64,000 nt of DNA from Acidobacteriota bacterium. GTDB taxonomy: Bacteria; Acidobacteriota; Vicinamibacteria; Vicinamibacterales; JAKQTR01. The stretch is taken from the NCBI GenBank assembly GCA_040752275.1, contig JBFMFH010000111.1, forward strand, positions 60,015-124,014, in the 5' to 3' direction. Position numbers and translations under genes: made by a program. Below the pieces are notes generated by a model. It saw only the letters and a program-made list of their open reading frames with translations, did no database searches and was not told the origin of the DNA. Below, piece by piece: positions 62,685-64,000 of the stretch (positions within the stretch are counted from its first letter, which is position 1; each line of letters opens with the position of its first letter).

Positions 62685-64000
62685 CCTCGCCACCAGTAGA
62701 TCACCATCGCACCGTACTCGTGCACGATGCCGCCGATCTGCTCGAGTGTTGGTCCTTGCATCGCCCCGTGCAGGTAGAACTGGCTGACTGGCACGGGAGC
62801 GGCAATGACGTCGGTGCCAGGAGCGACGCGCCGCCAGACCATGACCGCCCGGCGCATGTGGTAGGGGGAGCTTATCAGCAAGGCGCTCCGCCAGCCACGG
62901 TTCTCGAGGATCCGCGCCACGAAGGTGACGTTCTCGTGCGTGTTCGCCGCCTTCGACTCGAGCACGATTGCGTCGGCTGGGACGCCGATGGACACGGCCA
63001 GCTGTTTCATGACCTCGGCCTCTCGAAACACGAACGAAAAGCCGGAGGAAAAGACGAGGTGCGTCGCGTAGCCTCGATGGTAGAGATCTGCCGCGTGCTT
63101 CACCCGTTCCTGGTAGCCGCCCCCGGCTCTGCCCGACTCCCCGACACCGCCGGCGAAGACCACGATCGCGTCGGCGGGCCTCGGCTCGGCGGAGACTCGC
63201 AGCGGCGCCGCCGCCCACCAGACGGCCGGTGTGTAGAACACGATGGCGAGCAGCACGAGGACGGCGCCCAGCGACGCAGCCAGGCGCCTCCGGCCAGCAC
63301 GGTACAGGCGCAGCAGGGTCCGCTCCCAGGCCGCACGCTCGCCGGCGTCTCGGGCGACCAGCGCGGATTCGATCAGATCCGACATCGCAGCCACACGGGC
63401 ATCCCATGCGTTCGCGCGCGCCACTTCGGTGCGCCGGGCCTTCATTTCCGGGGCCACGGGTTCGAGCGCGAGCCTGACAGCTTCCAGAAACGACCCTGTG
63501 TCCGGCGCTATCGCCACGACAGTGCCGGTTTCCCGGTTGAATCGCTCGACCTCCGCGAGCCGCGTGGACACCACGGGTTTGCCCATCACCAGGTACTCGT
63601 TGAGCTTGGTCGGGTACACATTGGCCGTGTACTCGGTCAGCACGTAGGGCACGAGGCCCACGTCGAACGCCTTGACGTAGTGTGGAAGCTCATCGTGGGA
63701 ACGGGCACCCAGCAGGTGGACGTTCCGGCACGCCGCCAGCCTCGACACGTCCGTCTGCGGCGGGCCCACCAGGACGACACTGCCATGGGGAAACGCGGCC
63801 GCCGTTGCCACGAGCAGTTCCTGGTCGACCCACTGGTGCAACCCGCCGACGTAGCCGATCACCGGCCGGGGCAGGCCTTCCAGCTCCTGCGGCACTGGCG
63901 CCGCGCCGTCGCGAACGCGTTCGAAGGCCGTGAGGTCGACGCCGAACGGGAACAGATGAACGTCTGGCCGGTGTCCCGCAGCTCGCTGCCGTAGCTTCTC
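62675..64000 (-). CDS. GT4-type glycosyltransferase fused to a YdcF/DUF218 (ElyC/SanA-like) domain, 5' end off-window
   Basis: IGYVGGL, DVGLVPY, PTKLNEYL; then a TM segment, ADAIVVFAGG, ESKAANTHENV, ISSPYHMRRA, HEY. The frame is open to 64000. Confidence 0.82.
   Translation of the reverse strand, partial: EKLRQRAAGHRPDVHLFPFGVDLTAFERVRDGAAPVPQELEGLPRPVIGYVGGLHQWVDQELLVATAAAFPHGSVVLVGPPQTDVSRLAACRNVHLLGARSHDELPHYVKAFDVGLVPYVLTEYTANVYPTKLNEYLVMGKPVVSTRLAEVERFNRETGTVVAIAPDTGSFLEAVRLALEPVAPEMKARRTEVARANAWDARVAAMSDLIESALVARDAGERAAWERTLLRLYRAGRRRLAASLGAVLVLLAIVFYTPAVWWAAAPLRVSAEPRPADAIVVFAGGVGESGRAGGGYQERVKHAADLYHRGYATHLVFSSGFSFVFREAEVMKQLAVSIGVPADAIVLESKAANTHENVTFVARILENRGWRSALLISSPYHMRRAVMVWRRVAPGTDVIAAPVPVSQFYLHGAMQGPTLEQIGGIVHEYGAMVIYWWRGWI

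Overview
High-GC (roughly upper-60s %, estimated by eye) bacterial DNA, almost fully coding, devoted to cell-surface glycan biosynthesis. Gene style is compatible with Acidobacteriota/Vicinamibacterales, but this is inference only. No rRNA, tRNA, CRISPR or mobile element was seen. (1) 1-38357 is one minus-strand, largely translationally coupled operon of 29 genes that continues off the left edge. It is headed by an EPS-associated MarR-type regulator, with a near-consensus sigma70 promoter (TTGACA-N17-GATAAT) and a GTTCA-N5-TGAAC palindrome over the predicted start site. It encodes first an unusual-sugar pathway (SDRs, cytidylyltransferase-kinase, a UDP-glucose-dehydrogenase homologue lacking its catalytic Cys, an SDR with HxxxH instead of YxxxK, an orphan E1 alpha/beta pair, an ALS-like ThDP enzyme, methyltransferases). 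Next comes a modular array of two uncharacterised glycosyltransferase-like domains: 8 copies of domain A (SWD[H/N]L..K / HP / NTSA..E) and 3 copies of domain B (GPW..E.GFELLYWIPF / TYGGFSYL), arranged as A, A-A, A-B, A-FkbM and coiled-coil-B. The array ends at neuC-neuA. (2) 38651-64000 holds many multi-pass GT-C-like membrane proteins, paralogous coiled-coil leader proteins, an O-antigen-ligase-like gene, a GT4-DUF218 fusion and a ~1400-aa WecA/MraY-GT4-DUF2142 fusion. The best candidates for an undescribed system are the A/B transferase array (a possible new CMP-nonulosonate transferase family and glycan assembly line), the non-canonical sugar chain-extension cassette and the triple fusion. 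All family assignments come from motifs recognised by eye; no database search was run.
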